A stretch of 64,000 nt of DNA from an uncultured Acidimicrobiales bacterium (GTDB lineage Bacteria > Actinomycetota > Acidimicrobiia > Acidimicrobiales > SZUA-35). The notes beneath the pieces were generated by a model. The model did not search any database, had not been told where the DNA came from, and saw nothing but the letters and a program-made list of their open reading frames with translations. This document shows, in pieces, positions 28,893-39,099 of the stretch (the first letter of the stretch is position 1; every line of letters begins with the position of its first letter). Both the position numbers and the translations under genes were made by a program. Where the stretch lies: assembly GCA_963717115.1 (NCBI GenBank), contig CAVQVO010000009.1:38788-102787 (forward strand), written 5' to 3'.

Positions 28893-31216
28893 GACAGCAC
28901 GACCCCCGGTTCACCGGTGACGTGACCGAGCACGAAGGTGGGTTCGTCGACCAGACCGGTGAACGTGTCGACATCGGCCGCAGCGACGACCGCCACCATG
29001 CCGATGCCCATGTTGAAGATGCGATGGGCCTCGACGAGATCGAGACCGCCCGCCTCCTGCAGCCAGCGGAACAGCGGCGGGGTCTCCCAGGCCGAGGTGT
29101 CGACGGTGGCGCCGAGTCCGGCCGGCAGGCAACGCGGGATGTTGTCGGGGAACCCACCCCCCGTGAGGTGGGCGAGCGCCTTGACGACCTGCGCCCCCAG
29201 CACGGCGGCCAACGGCTCGAGGTAGCTGCGGTGGGGGGCGAGCAGGGCATCACCGAGGAGCACGTCGGTGCCGGGGACCGGCCGATCGAAGCCGTAGGCG
29301 GCTCCCAGTCGGCGGGCCAGCGAGTAGCCGTTGGTGTGCAGTCCGCTCGAGGCCAGACCGATGAGCACGTCGCCGACGACGATGTCGGTCGAGGGCAGGA
29401 GATCCCGGCGATCCACGACACCCACCATCGTTCCGGCGACGTCGACACCACCGGGCACGATGAGATCGGGGACCTCGGCGGTCTCGCCACCCAACAGGAC
29501 GCACCCGTTGGCCTTGCAGGCCACGGCCATGGACCGGACGATCCGCCCGACGACGTCGGGATCGAGCACTCCGGCCGAGATCGTGTCGAGCATGAACAGG
29601 GGCCGGGCCCCCTGGACGAGTACGTCGTTGACCCCGTGGTTGACGATGTCGGCACCGATGCCGTCCCACTGGTCGAGCTCGGCGGCGAGCACGGTCTTGG
29701 TGCCGCAGGTGTCGGTCGAACTCACCAACAGGGGCTGGTCGATCCCGAGGTCGGTCAGGTCGAAGACCCCACCGAAACTGCCGACACCGGCGACGACCCG
29801 CTCGGTGTGGGTCTGGCGTACCGCGTCGGCGATCTGCTCGATCGCGGCGTCACCCGCGGAGAAGCTGACGCCGGCAGCGGCATAGGCGTCGGGGGTGGCG
29901 GCGGGCGTGGCGGTCATGGTTCCCGCTTTCTTCAGCGTGGAGATCGTGGGGCGGGGGGCGTGGCGCCAACCGATGTCGGGTCGCGAGAACAACGCCGAGC
30001 CCGCCGTCAGCTGGTCGGCGACGGCGTAGGCCGAGTGCAGGGCGGCGTCGAGGGTCGGTCCGGTGCCGACGGCGTTGAGCACCCGGCCCCCTCTCGACAC
30101 GAGCCGACCGCCGTCGTCGAAGACGGTGCCGGCCTGGAGGAGCATGGAACCGTGACCGACGACGGCCTCGGGGATGGCGATCCCGGTGACGGGCGCGGCC
30201 GGATAGCCTTCGGCGGCGACCACGACCGTGGCGGCGAACGTGGATGGCTTGGCCTGCAGCGGTTGCCACGATCGACCGCGGGCGGCCGCCGCCATCACGG
30301 CCAGCAGGTCGCCGTCGAGCAGTGGCACGAGCACCTGCGCCTCGGGGTCACCGAAGCGGCAGTTGTATTCGACCAGCCGGGGTCCATCGGGGGTCAGCAT
30401 GATGCCGGCGTAGATGACGCCGACGAAGGGCGTGCCCTCGGCGGCCAGGCCCTGGGAGGCGCGGACGAGGAAGGTGTCGACGAGTTCGGCGACGAACCCG
30501 GGGTCGAGCCCGGGTACCGGAGCGAACGCACCCATGCCTCCGGTGTTGAGTCCGGTGTCGCCCTCCCCCACCCGCTTGTGGTCCTGAGCGGTGAGTCCCC
30601 CGAGCGCGTCGAGCTGGGTGGCGCTCGAGATGCCGAACAACGACACCTCTTCGCCGACCATCCGTTCCTCGATCAGGATCGACGCCCCGGCCGAACCCAT
30701 CGAACCGGCGGCCAGCATCTCGAAGATCGCCCGTTCGGTCTCGGCGCGGCCGTCGGGGAGGATCACGCCCTTGCCCGCGGCGAGACCGTCGGCCTTGACC
30801 ACCACCGGTCCATCGATGCGATCGAGGAAGGCCAGGGCCTCGTCGACGTCGTCGAAGCGACCGTAGGCCGGACCGGGGATGCCGTGACGTTCGGCGAATG
30901 CACGGGCGAAGGCCTTGGACCCCTCGAGCCGGGCCGCCGCGGCCGTCGGCCCGAAGGCGGCGATTCCCGCCGCCGCCAGGTCGTCGACCAGGCCGTTGAC
31001 CAACGGCTGTTCGGGACCGACCACGACGAGGTCGAGGCACTCGGCCGTCGCATAGGCAACGACGGCGGCCTGATCGTCGGTGTCGAGCACCACGTTGTGG
31101 GCCGCCGTCCCCGGGTTCCCGGGGGCGACCCGGAGCTCGGTGAGCAGCGGCGATGCGGCGATGGCGTTGGCCAGGGCGTGTTCCCGGCCCCCCGATCCGA
31201 TGAGCAGGACGCGCAT
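28889..31216 (-). CDS. purD: Fused GAR synthetase (PurD) and AIR synthetase (PurM)
   Basis: GSGGREHA, LEGSK, KADGLAAGKGV, QDHKR, NTGGMG, EYNCRFGDPE; then from M at 29917 YAAAGV, GGETAE, SSGLHTNGYSL, HLTGGG, FNMGIG. Confidence 0.9.
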   Translation of the reverse strand: MRVLLIGSGGREHALANAIAASPLLTELRVAPGNPGTAAHNVVLDTDDQAAVVAYATAECLDLVVVGPEQPLVNGLVDDLAAAGIAAFGPTAAAARLEGSKAFARAFAERHGIPGPAYGRFDDVDEALAFLDRIDGPVVVKADGLAAGKGVILPDGRAETERAIFEMLAAGSMGSAGASILIEERMVGEEVSLFGISSATQLDALGGLTAQDHKRVGEGDTGLNTGGMGAFAPVPGLDPGFVAELVDTFLVRASQGLAAEGTPFVGVIYAGIMLTPDGPRLVEYNCRFGDPEAQVLVPLLDGDLLAVMAAAARGRSWQPLQAKPSTFAATVVVAAEGYPAAPVTGIAIPEAVVGHGSMLLQAGTVFDDGGRLVSRGGRVLNAVGTGPTLDAALHSAYAVADQLTAGSALFSRPDIGWRHAPRPTISTLKKAGTMTATPAATPDAYAAAGVSFSAGDAAIEQIADAVRQTHTERVVAGVGSFGGVFDLTDLGIDQPLLVSSTDTCGTKTVLAAELDQWDGIGADIVNHGVNDVLVQGARPLFMLDTISAGVLDPDVVGRIVRSMAVACKANGCVLLGGETAEVPDLIVPGGVDVAGTMVGVVDRRDLLPSTDIVVGDVLIGLASSGLHTNGYSLARRLGAAYGFDRPVPGTDVLLGDALLAPHRSYLEPLAAVLGAQVVKALAHLTGGGFPDNIPRCLPAGLGATVDTSAWETPPLFRWLQEAGGLDLVEAHRIFNMGIGMVAVVAAADVDTFTGLVDEPTFVLGHVTGEPGVVLS

Positions 31217-32646
31217 CAGCCCAACGCCCCGTCGAACCGCGCCTTGGTGTTGGCCAGGCTCAGCTGGACCGGGATGGGATACGAGCCGGTGAAGCAGGCG
31301 TTGCAGTAGCCGTCGTCGCGGCCGAGGGCCTTCATCATGCGTTCGACCGAGAGGAACCCCAGGCTGTCGGCTCCGATGTGATCACACATCTCGGGGACCC
31401 CGAGCTGATGGGCGATCAGCTCGTCGTAGGTCGCCATGTCGACGCCGAAGAAACAGGGGTGGGCGATCGGCGGACAGGTGACCCGCATGTGGACCTCGGT
31501 GGCCCCGGCGTCGCGCACCATCTTCACGAGGGGTCCCGACGTCGTGCCCCGGACGATGGAGTCGTCGATGACGATGACCCGCTTGCCCCGCAGGTTCTCC
31601 TCGAGCACGTTGAACTTCATCGCAACGCCCTGCTTGCGCAGCTCGTCGGTGGGTTCGATGAACGTCCGTCCGATGTAGCGGTTCTTCACGAAACCCTCGT
31701 TGTAGGTGATGCCCGACACCGAGGCGTAGCCGATGGCCGCCGGGGTCGAGGAGTCGGGAACGGGGATCACCACGTCGGCCTCGACGGGGTGTTCGCGAGC
31801 CAGTTCCTCACCGAGCCGCTGACGGGCCTGGTGGACGCTGAGTCCGTCCCAGAAGGCGTCGGGACGCGAGAAGTAGATGTGCTCGAAGGTGCAGCGGGCC
31901 TGCTTCTCCTTGGCCGGGACGGCGTGGGTGGACCGGGCCAGGTCGCCCTGGAGGACGACGATCTCGCCCGGCTCGATCTCGCGGATGCTCGTGCAACCGA
32001 GCGTTTCGAGCGCCCCGGTCTCCGACGCGACGGCGTGACCGCCCGAGGGCAGCTTGCCCAACGACAGCGGACGGAACCCCCAGGGATCCCGGCAGGCGAC
32101 GACCTTGGTGCCGGCGATGATCACCAACGAGAAGGCGCCGTGCCACTGGGGGATCACCCGCATCAATCGTTCTTCCCAGCTGTCGCCGTCGGAGGCGGCC
32201 AGCATCAGGGCGATGACCTCGGAGTCGGAGGTGGACTGCAGCCCGGCGCCCCGCTCGAGCAGGCGCTGCCGCAGCGGATCGGTGTTGACCAGGTTGCCGT
32301 TGTGGGCCACGCCCAGCGGTCCGTGCATGGTCTCGATCACGTAGGGCTGGACGTTGCGGTCGGAGTTCGCGCCGGTGGTCGAGTACCGGGTGTGGCCGAT
32401 CGCCATCCCGCCGACCAGCGGGCGCAGGACCTCGGCGTTGAAGACCTGGTTGACCAGTCCCATCGCCTTGTGCAGCCGCACCGATCGACCGTCGGCGACG
32501 GCGATCCCGGCGGCTTCCTGGCCACGGTGCTGGAGCGCGTAGAGACCGAAGAAGGCCTGTCGGGCGGCATCGTGACCCGAGGTCGAGATGCCGATGACCC
32601 CGCACTCCTCCTTCGGGGTGTCGTCGAGGGGATCGAAGGCGGTCAT
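31216..32646 (-). CDS. purF: Amidophosphoribosyltransferase
   Basis: KEECGV, LQHRGQE, GHTRYST, HNGNL, DDSIVRGTT, YCNACFTG. Confidence 0.96.
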   Translation of the reverse strand: MTAFDPLDDTPKEECGVIGISTSGHDAARQAFFGLYALQHRGQEAAGIAVADGRSVRLHKAMGLVNQVFNAEVLRPLVGGMAIGHTRYSTTGANSDRNVQPYVIETMHGPLGVAHNGNLVNTDPLRQRLLERGAGLQSTSDSEVIALMLAASDGDSWEERLMRVIPQWHGAFSLVIIAGTKVVACRDPWGFRPLSLGKLPSGGHAVASETGALETLGCTSIREIEPGEIVVLQGDLARSTHAVPAKEKQARCTFEHIYFSRPDAFWDGLSVHQARQRLGEELAREHPVEADVVIPVPDSSTPAAIGYASVSGITYNEGFVKNRYIGRTFIEPTDELRKQGVAMKFNVLEENLRGKRVIVIDDSIVRGTTSGPLVKMVRDAGATEVHMRVTCPPIAHPCFFGVDMATYDELIAHQLGVPEMCDHIGADSLGFLSVERMMKALGRDDGYCNACFTGSYPIPVQLSLANTKARFDGALG

Positions 32647-33728
32647 GGTTGGGGCTCCCGGGGGGTGCTGGAGGGAATCGGGGCCTCGTCGTGCGGGCGA
32701 GGGCCGGGGTCGGGTGAGGCAGGCGTGGGTGAGGCAGGCGCGGCCGGGGTTCGGCCGGAGGGGTCGACGGGCAGGAAGGGTGCGAGGTTGCGGGCCATGC
32801 GGGCTTCCGCGGGCTGCTCGCCGGGGACGAACGTGGCCCCGGTGAGGCGTTCGTAGAGCTCGACGTAGCGCCGCGAGGTCTGGGCCCAGACGCTCGGGTC
32901 GAGGTCCGGGGGTGGCCCATCGCCCCGGTAGCCGGCCGCTCGCAGCGCCAGACGGACCGGTTCCTTGTCGAAGCCGTCGGGGGCCTGGCCGGACGCCAGA
33001 CGGTCCTCGAGCGTCTCGAGCGACCAGTACCGCGACGAATCGGGGGTGTGCATCTCGTCGATCAGCAGCAGGCGTCCATCGGGGGCCAGGCCGAACTCGT
33101 ACTTGGTGTCGGCGAGCACGAACCCGGCCCGTTCGGCGATCTCGGCCCCCCGGGCGAACACCGCGAGGGCCACGTCGACGACTCGCTCCCACCGTTGCGG
33201 ATCGACCAGTCCCCGGGCGGCGACCTCGGCCACCGTGATCGGTTCGTCGTGCCCACCGTCGTGCGCCTTGGTGGTGGGGGTCACGATGGGTTTCGGCAGC
33301 GGCCCGTGGGGCGTCAGGCCGTCGGGCAGGGTGTGTCCGTAGAGTTCCCGCTCGCCGGCGAGGTACCGGGGCAGGACCGAGGTCGACGTGGACCCGGTCA
33401 GTCGGGCCCGGACCACGACCTCGACCGGCAACGGTCGGGCATCGACGGCGATCAGCGCATTGGGGTCGGGAACGGCCACCACGTGGTTGTCGACCAGGTC
33501 GGCGGTCCGGTCGAACCACCAGGCCGCGAGTTGGTTGAGGACCTGCCCCTTGTGCGGGACCAGGCCGATCACCCGGTCGAAGGCGCTCAGCCGATCGGTG
33601 GTGACGAGGAGCCGTCGGCCCCCGGGAAGGGCCCACGATTCACGGACCTTGCCCGACCGGTGATCGGGCAGATCCACGTCGAAGCCGGCCAGGGTGGGGA
33701 TCTCGTGATCGTGGGGGGGACGGGTCAC
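32643..33728 (-). CDS. purC: SAICAR synthetase
   Basis: SGKVRE, TDRLSAFD, KGQVLN, TPTTKA, DTKYEFG, DEMHTPDSSRYW. Confidence 0.95.
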   Translation of the reverse strand: MTRPPHDHEIPTLAGFDVDLPDHRSGKVRESWALPGGRRLLVTTDRLSAFDRVIGLVPHKGQVLNQLAAWWFDRTADLVDNHVVAVPDPNALIAVDARPLPVEVVVRARLTGSTSTSVLPRYLAGERELYGHTLPDGLTPHGPLPKPIVTPTTKAHDGGHDEPITVAEVAARGLVDPQRWERVVDVALAVFARGAEIAERAGFVLADTKYEFGLAPDGRLLLIDEMHTPDSSRYWSLETLEDRLASGQAPDGFDKEPVRLALRAAGYRGDGPPPDLDPSVWAQTSRRYVELYERLTGATFVPGEQPAEARMARNLAPFLPVDPSGRTPAAPASPTPASPDPGPRPHDEAPIPSSTPREPQP

Positions 33729-34820
33729 GGTCGGCTCCTCGTCGTCGCCGCCGGCGGGCGGGGCGTGGTGCGGGTGACGTGACCCATCTTGCGTCCGGGC
33801 CGGCTCTCGGACTTGCCGTAGACGTGGACCATGGCGTCGGGTTCGGCCAGCAGCAGGGGCACGGTGTCGATGTCGTCGCCGATGAGGTTGGTCATCGAGG
33901 CGTCGGCCCAGCGATGGGTGGAACCGAGTGGGAGCCCGGACACGGCTCGCACGTGCTGTTCGAACTGCGAGACGACGCACGCCGCCTCGGTCCAGTGCCC
34001 CGAGTTGTGGACCCGCGGGGCGAACTCGTTGGCCAGCACCGAGCCGTCGTCGAGGACGAACAGCTCGAGTCCGAGGACGCCCACGTAGTCGAGGGCCTCG
34101 ACCAGACGGCGGGCGGCATCGAGGGCGGCGTCGGTCGTCGGCTCGGCGACCGCCGCGGGGACCGTCGAGGTGCGCAGGATGCCGTCGCCGTGCACGTTGC
34201 GGACCGGGTCGTAGCAGCGGACCTCGCCGACCGCCGAACGAACGACGATGACCGAGACCTCGGCCACGAAGTCGACCAGGCCCTCGGCGACGAGCGGGAC
34301 CGAGCCCAGCGATGCGTACAGGTCGTCGGGGAGCGGGTCGCCGGAGACGGTGTCGACCCGGGCCTGCCCCTTGCCGTCGTAGCCGAGGCGCCGGGTCTTG
34401 ACGACGGCCCGGCCACCGAGGCGTGCGACGGCGTCGACCAGGTCGGCCTGGGAGTCGACGGCGAGGAAGGGCGCGATGGGGATCCCGATGTCGGTGAGGA
34501 ACGTCTTCTCGACGAGCCGGTCCTGGGCCGTTGAAAGGGCTCGGCCGTCGGGCCGCACCGGCACCAGCTCGACGAGGGCGGCGACGGCGGCCTCGGGCAC
34601 GTTCTCGAACTCGTAGGTGACCACGTCACAGCGCGACGCGAGATCGGCGAGGAGCGCGGCGTCGTCGTAGGCGCCGACCAGATGGCATCCGGCCACCTCG
34701 CGCGGCCGGGGCCTCGGGGTCGGGGTCGAGGACGACGGTCGGCAGGCCCAGGCGGGCCGCCGCCATCGCCAACATGCGGCCGAGCTGTCCGCCCCCGAGG
34801 ATCCCGACCGTCGGTGCCAT
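33725..34820 (-). CDS. purK: N5-CAIR synthetase (one frameshift near 34705)
   Basis: GILGGGQLGRML, then TYEFENV, GYDGKGQ, NEFAPRVHNSGH, SQFEQH, RKMGH. Confidence 0.92.
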
Positions 34821-35350
34821 CAGGCGAGGCGGTCGTCGGTCGGCGGATCGACGGGGTGCAGGGCGACGGCGTCGCGTTGGTGGTTGCGCCAGGTCTCGAG
34901 CCGGTCGGCCAGGTCGGGATCGTGGAGGGCCAGCACCGCAGCCGCCAGCAGGGCGGCGTTGACCGCGCCCCCGCTGCCGATGGCCAACGTCCCCACCGGG
35001 ACCCCGGCGGGCATCTGGACGATGGAGAGCAGCGAGTCCTGGCCCGACAGGGCACGCGACTCCACGGGCACCCCGAACACCGGTAGCGCGGTCAAGGCCG
35101 CGACCATTCCGGGCAGGTGGGCCGCTCCGCCGGCACCGGCGATGATGACCTGGTGACCGGCCGCCTTGGCGTTTCGGGCGAAGTCGTACATGCGGTCGGG
35201 GGTGCGATGGGCCGAGACGATCCGAGCGTCGACCGACACGCCGAGCGAGTCGAGCGTGGCGACTGCGTGCCGCATGGTGGGCCAGTCGGACTGGCTCCCC
35301 ATGATGACCACGACCTGTGCCGCGCTCGTGTCCCCCGGCTGCCCAACCAC
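34820..35350 (-). CDS. purE: N5-CAIR mutase
   Basis: [32 protein letters not shown]. Confidence 0.95.
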   Translation of the reverse strand: MVGQPGDTSAAQVVVIMGSQSDWPTMRHAVATLDSLGVSVDARIVSAHRTPDRMYDFARNAKAAGHQVIIAGAGGAAHLPGMVAALTALPVFGVPVESRALSGQDSLLSIVQMPAGVPVGTLAIGSGGAVNAALLAAAVLALHDPDLADRLETWRNHQRDAVALHPVDPPTDDRLA

Positions 35351-35360
35351 GCCCCCGATC

Positions 35361-36137
35361 CTAACGAGCCACGGCTCGGACTCCGGCCCGGAAGAGCGGG
35401 AGACATCGTCCCCGTTCGCCCCCGGGCCGCCCACGCAGGGGATCCTGCCGGTCGACGATGTGGTCCTCGGGGTGGGGCATCAGGCCGATGATCAGGCCCG
35501 ACTCGTCACAGATGCCCGCCACCGATCCGGCCGACCCGTTGGGGTTCGCCGGATAGGCGACGCCGGCGGGGGTCCCGTCGGCGTCGGCATAGCGGAGCAC
35601 GACCCGGCCGGCGGCCTCGAGGGCCCCGAGGTCGTCGGCGACGAAGCGGCCTTCGCCGTGGGCCACGGGGCATCGCAGCGGCTCGGTCAGCTCGGAGGTC
35701 CAGACACAGTCGGAGGCGACCCCGCCGACCGGTTCGGCCGTGAGCGTGACCCAGCGACACTCGAAGTGGTGGGACGCGTTCTCGGTGAGCACGGCCCGGG
35801 TGTCGCCGCCGGGCAGCAGCCCGGCGCGAACCAGCGCCTGGAACCCGTTGCACACGCCGAAGATCGGGGTTTCGCGAGCGACGGCGTCGGCCAGCTGATC
35901 GGCGAACCATCCCGCCAGATCGAGACCCAGCAGGCGCCCGGCCCCGAGTGCGTCGCCGTAGCTGAAGCCCCCGGGGATGGCCAGGATCTGGTGATCGGCG
36001 AGCCGCACCTCGCCCGATCGCAGGGCGGTCAGCGGAACGCAGCTCGACTCGGCACCGGCGGCGTCGAACGCCAGCGCGAGGTCCTGGTCACGATTGGTGC
36101 CGAGGGCGACCGGGATGAGGACCTTGGGTTTCGTCAC
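35361..36137 (-). CDS. purQ: FGAM synthase glutaminase subunit
   Basis: [29 protein letters not shown]. Confidence 0.95.
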   Translation of the reverse strand: MTKPKVLIPVALGTNRDQDLALAFDAAGAESSCVPLTALRSGEVRLADHQILAIPGGFSYGDALGAGRLLGLDLAGWFADQLADAVARETPIFGVCNGFQALVRAGLLPGGDTRAVLTENASHHFECRWVTLTAEPVGGVASDCVWTSELTEPLRCPVAHGEGRFVADDLGALEAAGRVVLRYADADGTPAGVAYPANPNGSAGSVAGICDESGLIIGLMPHPEDHIVDRQDPLRGRPGGERGRCLPLFRAGVRAVAR

Positions 36138-38968
36138 TGCTGCTCCTCGGTCGAAGGCCGGTCGTGATGGACGTAGGCCTGCTCGACGGCGGCCAGGTCG
36201 AGGTCGATCGGACCGATGACCACCCGGTCGGTGTCGACCACGGAGCCGACCCGCGACGCCCACGGGACCAGTTCCGCGAATCGATCGGCGTGCTCGGGTG
36301 CGACCTCGACCAGATAGCGGCCGGCTCCCTCGCCGAACAGCACCTCGGGGTGGCCGGGCACCGTGAGCTCGATGCCGAGACGACCGGCGAAGGCCCATTC
36401 GGCGGCGGCCACGGCCAATCCACCCTCGGCGAGGTCGTGGGCGCTGCGTACGAGACCGGCACCGATCGCGGCCGCCAGTTCCCGATGGCGGTCGACGGCA
36501 CCGGGCTCGATCTCGGGAACGGGACCGCCGAGGTCGTCGCCGATGACTTGATCGAGGTGCGAGCCACCGAGGGCCCCGACGAGCGGGCCGACCAGCCACA
36601 CGTCGTCACCGGGCTCGACCAGACCGGTGAGCGGCACCGTCTCCAGGTCGCGGACGATCCCCAGGGCGGTGATGACCAGGGTCGGCGCGACGGGGTCGGG
36701 GGCGCCGCCCTCGGGCACGTAGACGTTGTAGAGCGAGTCCTTGCCCGAGACGAACGGTGCCCCGAAGGCGATGGCGGCATCGTGACAACCGCGGCAGGCC
36801 GCAACGAGTCCGCCGAGCGTGGCCGGATCGGTGGGATTGCCCCACCCGAAGTTGTCGAGCAGGGAGAGCTGGGTCGGATCGGCCCCGGCGACCACGGCGT
36901 TGCGGACCGCCTCGTCGATCACCGACCACGCCATGGCCTCGGGATCGAGCCGCCCGAGCACCGCATTGACCCCGATGCCGAGCACGACGCCCCGCCGGCC
37001 CGACGTCCCCGGCGGCACCAGCACCGTTCCGTCGGCCGGCCCGTCACCCTCGGGGCCGCCATAGGGCCGAACCAGCGTGCCTCCGAGCACCTCGTGATCG
37101 TAGGTCCGGATGACCGCTTCGTTGGACCGGATCGAGGGGTGGGCCAGCAGGTCGAGCACGAGCGCAGCCGGGTCGGCGTCGTCGGGCAGGGCCCGTCGGG
37201 GTGGACGGGCACGGTCGACCGAGATCGCCGACATCGCCCGTTGGGGACGACCGTCGTGCAGGAACCCGCAATCGAGGTCGATCACCGGATCGTCGCCGTC
37301 GACCACCACGATCCGCCCCTCGCCGGTGAACTCGCCGATGACGGCGGCACCGACGCCCCACCGTTCGCAGAGCGAGAGCAGGGGTTCGGGATCGGCGGAT
37401 GCGACGACCATGCGCTCCTGGGCCTCGGACAGCCAGACTTCCCAGGGCGCCAGTCCGGGGTACTTGCGCGGCACCAGGGCGAGATCGACCCTCGCGCCCA
37501 ACTCCTCGGCCATCTCCCCGACGGCCGACGACAACCCGCCGGCACCGCAGTCGGTCACGGCGCTGTAGAGGCCGGCATCACGGGCCGCCACGATGACGTC
37601 GATGAGCCCCTTCTCGACGATCGGGTCGCCGATCTGCACCGACGATCCGGCCACCTCGGCGGTCTCGACGCCCATGGTCTGCGACGAGAACGTCGCCCCG
37701 CCGACACCATCTCGTCCGACGGCTCCTCCCATCACCACGATGCGATCGCCCGCCCTGGCGCTCGTCGGATTGGACCCGTGGGGCAGGAGGCCCAGACAGC
37801 CGGCGAACACGAGCGGTGTGGTCGTGTAGGCCGGATCGTGGACGATGGCCCCGGCGATGTTCGGAACGCCGATCTTGTTGCCGTAGTCGCCGATCCCGGC
37901 GATGACCCCGGACCGGATCCGCTGGGGGTGCAGGACCCCGTCGGGCAGCGACCCGGGGTCGGTGTCCTCGGGTCCGAAGCACAGGATGTCGGTCAGGGCG
38001 ATCGGCTTGGCGGAGACGCCCAGGATGTCGCGGACCACCCCGCCAACACCGGTATTGGCCCCGCCGAAGGGTTCGATGGCCGAGGGATGGTTGTGGGTCT
38101 CGGCCTTGATGGCCAGGTCCCAACCGTCCTCGAAGGCGACGATCCCGGCGTTGTCGACGAACGCCGAACGGACCCAGGGAGCGGCGACGGTGTCGGTGGC
38201 CGACCGCAGGAACGTCTTCATGAGGCTGTCGATGGTCTCACCGGTGTCGAGCGTGATCCGTCCGGTGAAGGTCTTGTGGGCGCAGTGCTCGGACCAGGTC
38301 TGGGCCAGCATCTCGAGCTCGGCATCGGTGGGTTCACGGCCGATCCCGGCGAAGTGATCCCGGATCACGACCATCTCCTCGGGATCGAGCCCGAGGCGGC
38401 GCCGCCGGTTGACCTCGGCCAGCCCCGCGGCGTCGAGACCGATCAGGGCGACGTGGGTGGTGTGCTCGGCATCGGCGTGATCGTCGGTGAAGGCGGCGGC
38501 GAGCGAGTCGAGCGCCCACCGTTCGATGACGTCGTTGTGGAGGACCCGTCGGGCCAGCGAGTCGATCAGCACCGGGTCGAGGCGGCCGCCGCGGGGATGG
38601 ACCACCCAGCGCTGCCCCATCGTCGCGGCCTCGACCGGCAGGCCGAGCTCGTGAGCACTTCGCACGAGCTCGGCGCCCTCACGATCGGTCACACCGGGGC
38701 GGAGCCCGGTCTCGATGACGAGGGGTCGATCCGGGTGGCCGTCGGCCTCGGGGGGTCCGGACCGCCACCACTGGCCGACCGGATCGACCAGCAGCGCCTC
38801 GGCCAGCCTTTCGACCTGTCCGTCGGACAGATCGCCGCGCACGTGCACGAGGTCGAACCGTTCGATCGATTCGATCGGGAGGTCGAACAGCTGGGCCCGG
38901 CGAAGTGGACCGTCGGGCCCCGCGTCGAACGAACCCGGCCCAATGACGATGACATGCTCACGGCCCAC
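36134..38968 (-). CDS. purL: FGAM synthase subunit PurL with N-terminal PurS-like domains
   Basis: QTWSEHCAHK, DNAG, KAETHNHPS, TGVGG, DCGAGGL, SEAQERM, YDHEV, SGKDSL. Start is uncertain (38968 GTG or 39007 ATG). Confidence 0.93.
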   Translation of the reverse strand: MGREHVIVIGPGSFDAGPDGPLRRAQLFDLPIESIERFDLVHVRGDLSDGQVERLAEALLVDPVGQWWRSGPPEADGHPDRPLVIETGLRPGVTDREGAELVRSAHELGLPVEAATMGQRWVVHPRGGRLDPVLIDSLARRVLHNDVIERWALDSLAAAFTDDHADAEHTTHVALIGLDAAGLAEVNRRRRLGLDPEEMVVIRDHFAGIGREPTDAELEMLAQTWSEHCAHKTFTGRITLDTGETIDSLMKTFLRSATDTVAAPWVRSAFVDNAGIVAFEDGWDLAIKAETHNHPSAIEPFGGANTGVGGVVRDILGVSAKPIALTDILCFGPEDTDPGSLPDGVLHPQRIRSGVIAGIGDYGNKIGVPNIAGAIVHDPAYTTTPLVFAGCLGLLPHGSNPTSARAGDRIVVMGGAVGRDGVGGATFSSQTMGVETAEVAGSSVQIGDPIVEKGLIDVIVAARDAGLYSAVTDCGAGGLSSAVGEMAEELGARVDLALVPRKYPGLAPWEVWLSEAQERMVVASADPEPLLSLCERWGVGAAVIGEFTGEGRIVVVDGDDPVIDLDCGFLHDGRPQRAMSAISVDRARPPRRALPDDADPAALVLDLLAHPSIRSNEAVIRTYDHEVLGGTLVRPYGGPEGDGPADGTVLVPPGTSGRRGVVLGIGVNAVLGRLDPEAMAWSVIDEAVRNAVVAGADPTQLSLLDNFGWGNPTDPATLGGLVAACRGCHDAAIAFGAPFVSGKDSLYNVYVPEGGAPDPVAPTLVITALGIVRDLETVPLTGLVEPGDDVWLVGPLVGALGGSHLDQVIGDDLGGPVPEIEPGAVDRHRELAAAIGAGLVRSAHDLAEGGLAVAAAEWAFAGRLGIELTVPGHPEVLFGEGAGRYLVEVAPEHADRFAELVPWASRVGSVVDTDRVVIGPIDLDLAAVEQAYVHHDRPSTEEQQ

Positions 38969-39099
38969 GTCCCAAGGATGGGCGGGAATGGCGCGCTTGC
39001 CGCTCATCGTCGACAAAACTCCGGCAAGATTTCGGCCTTCGGGTGCCGGTCACCGTCGCGTCCCCACCGCACGGGTTGGTGCCGGTACGGTGGGTGGCC

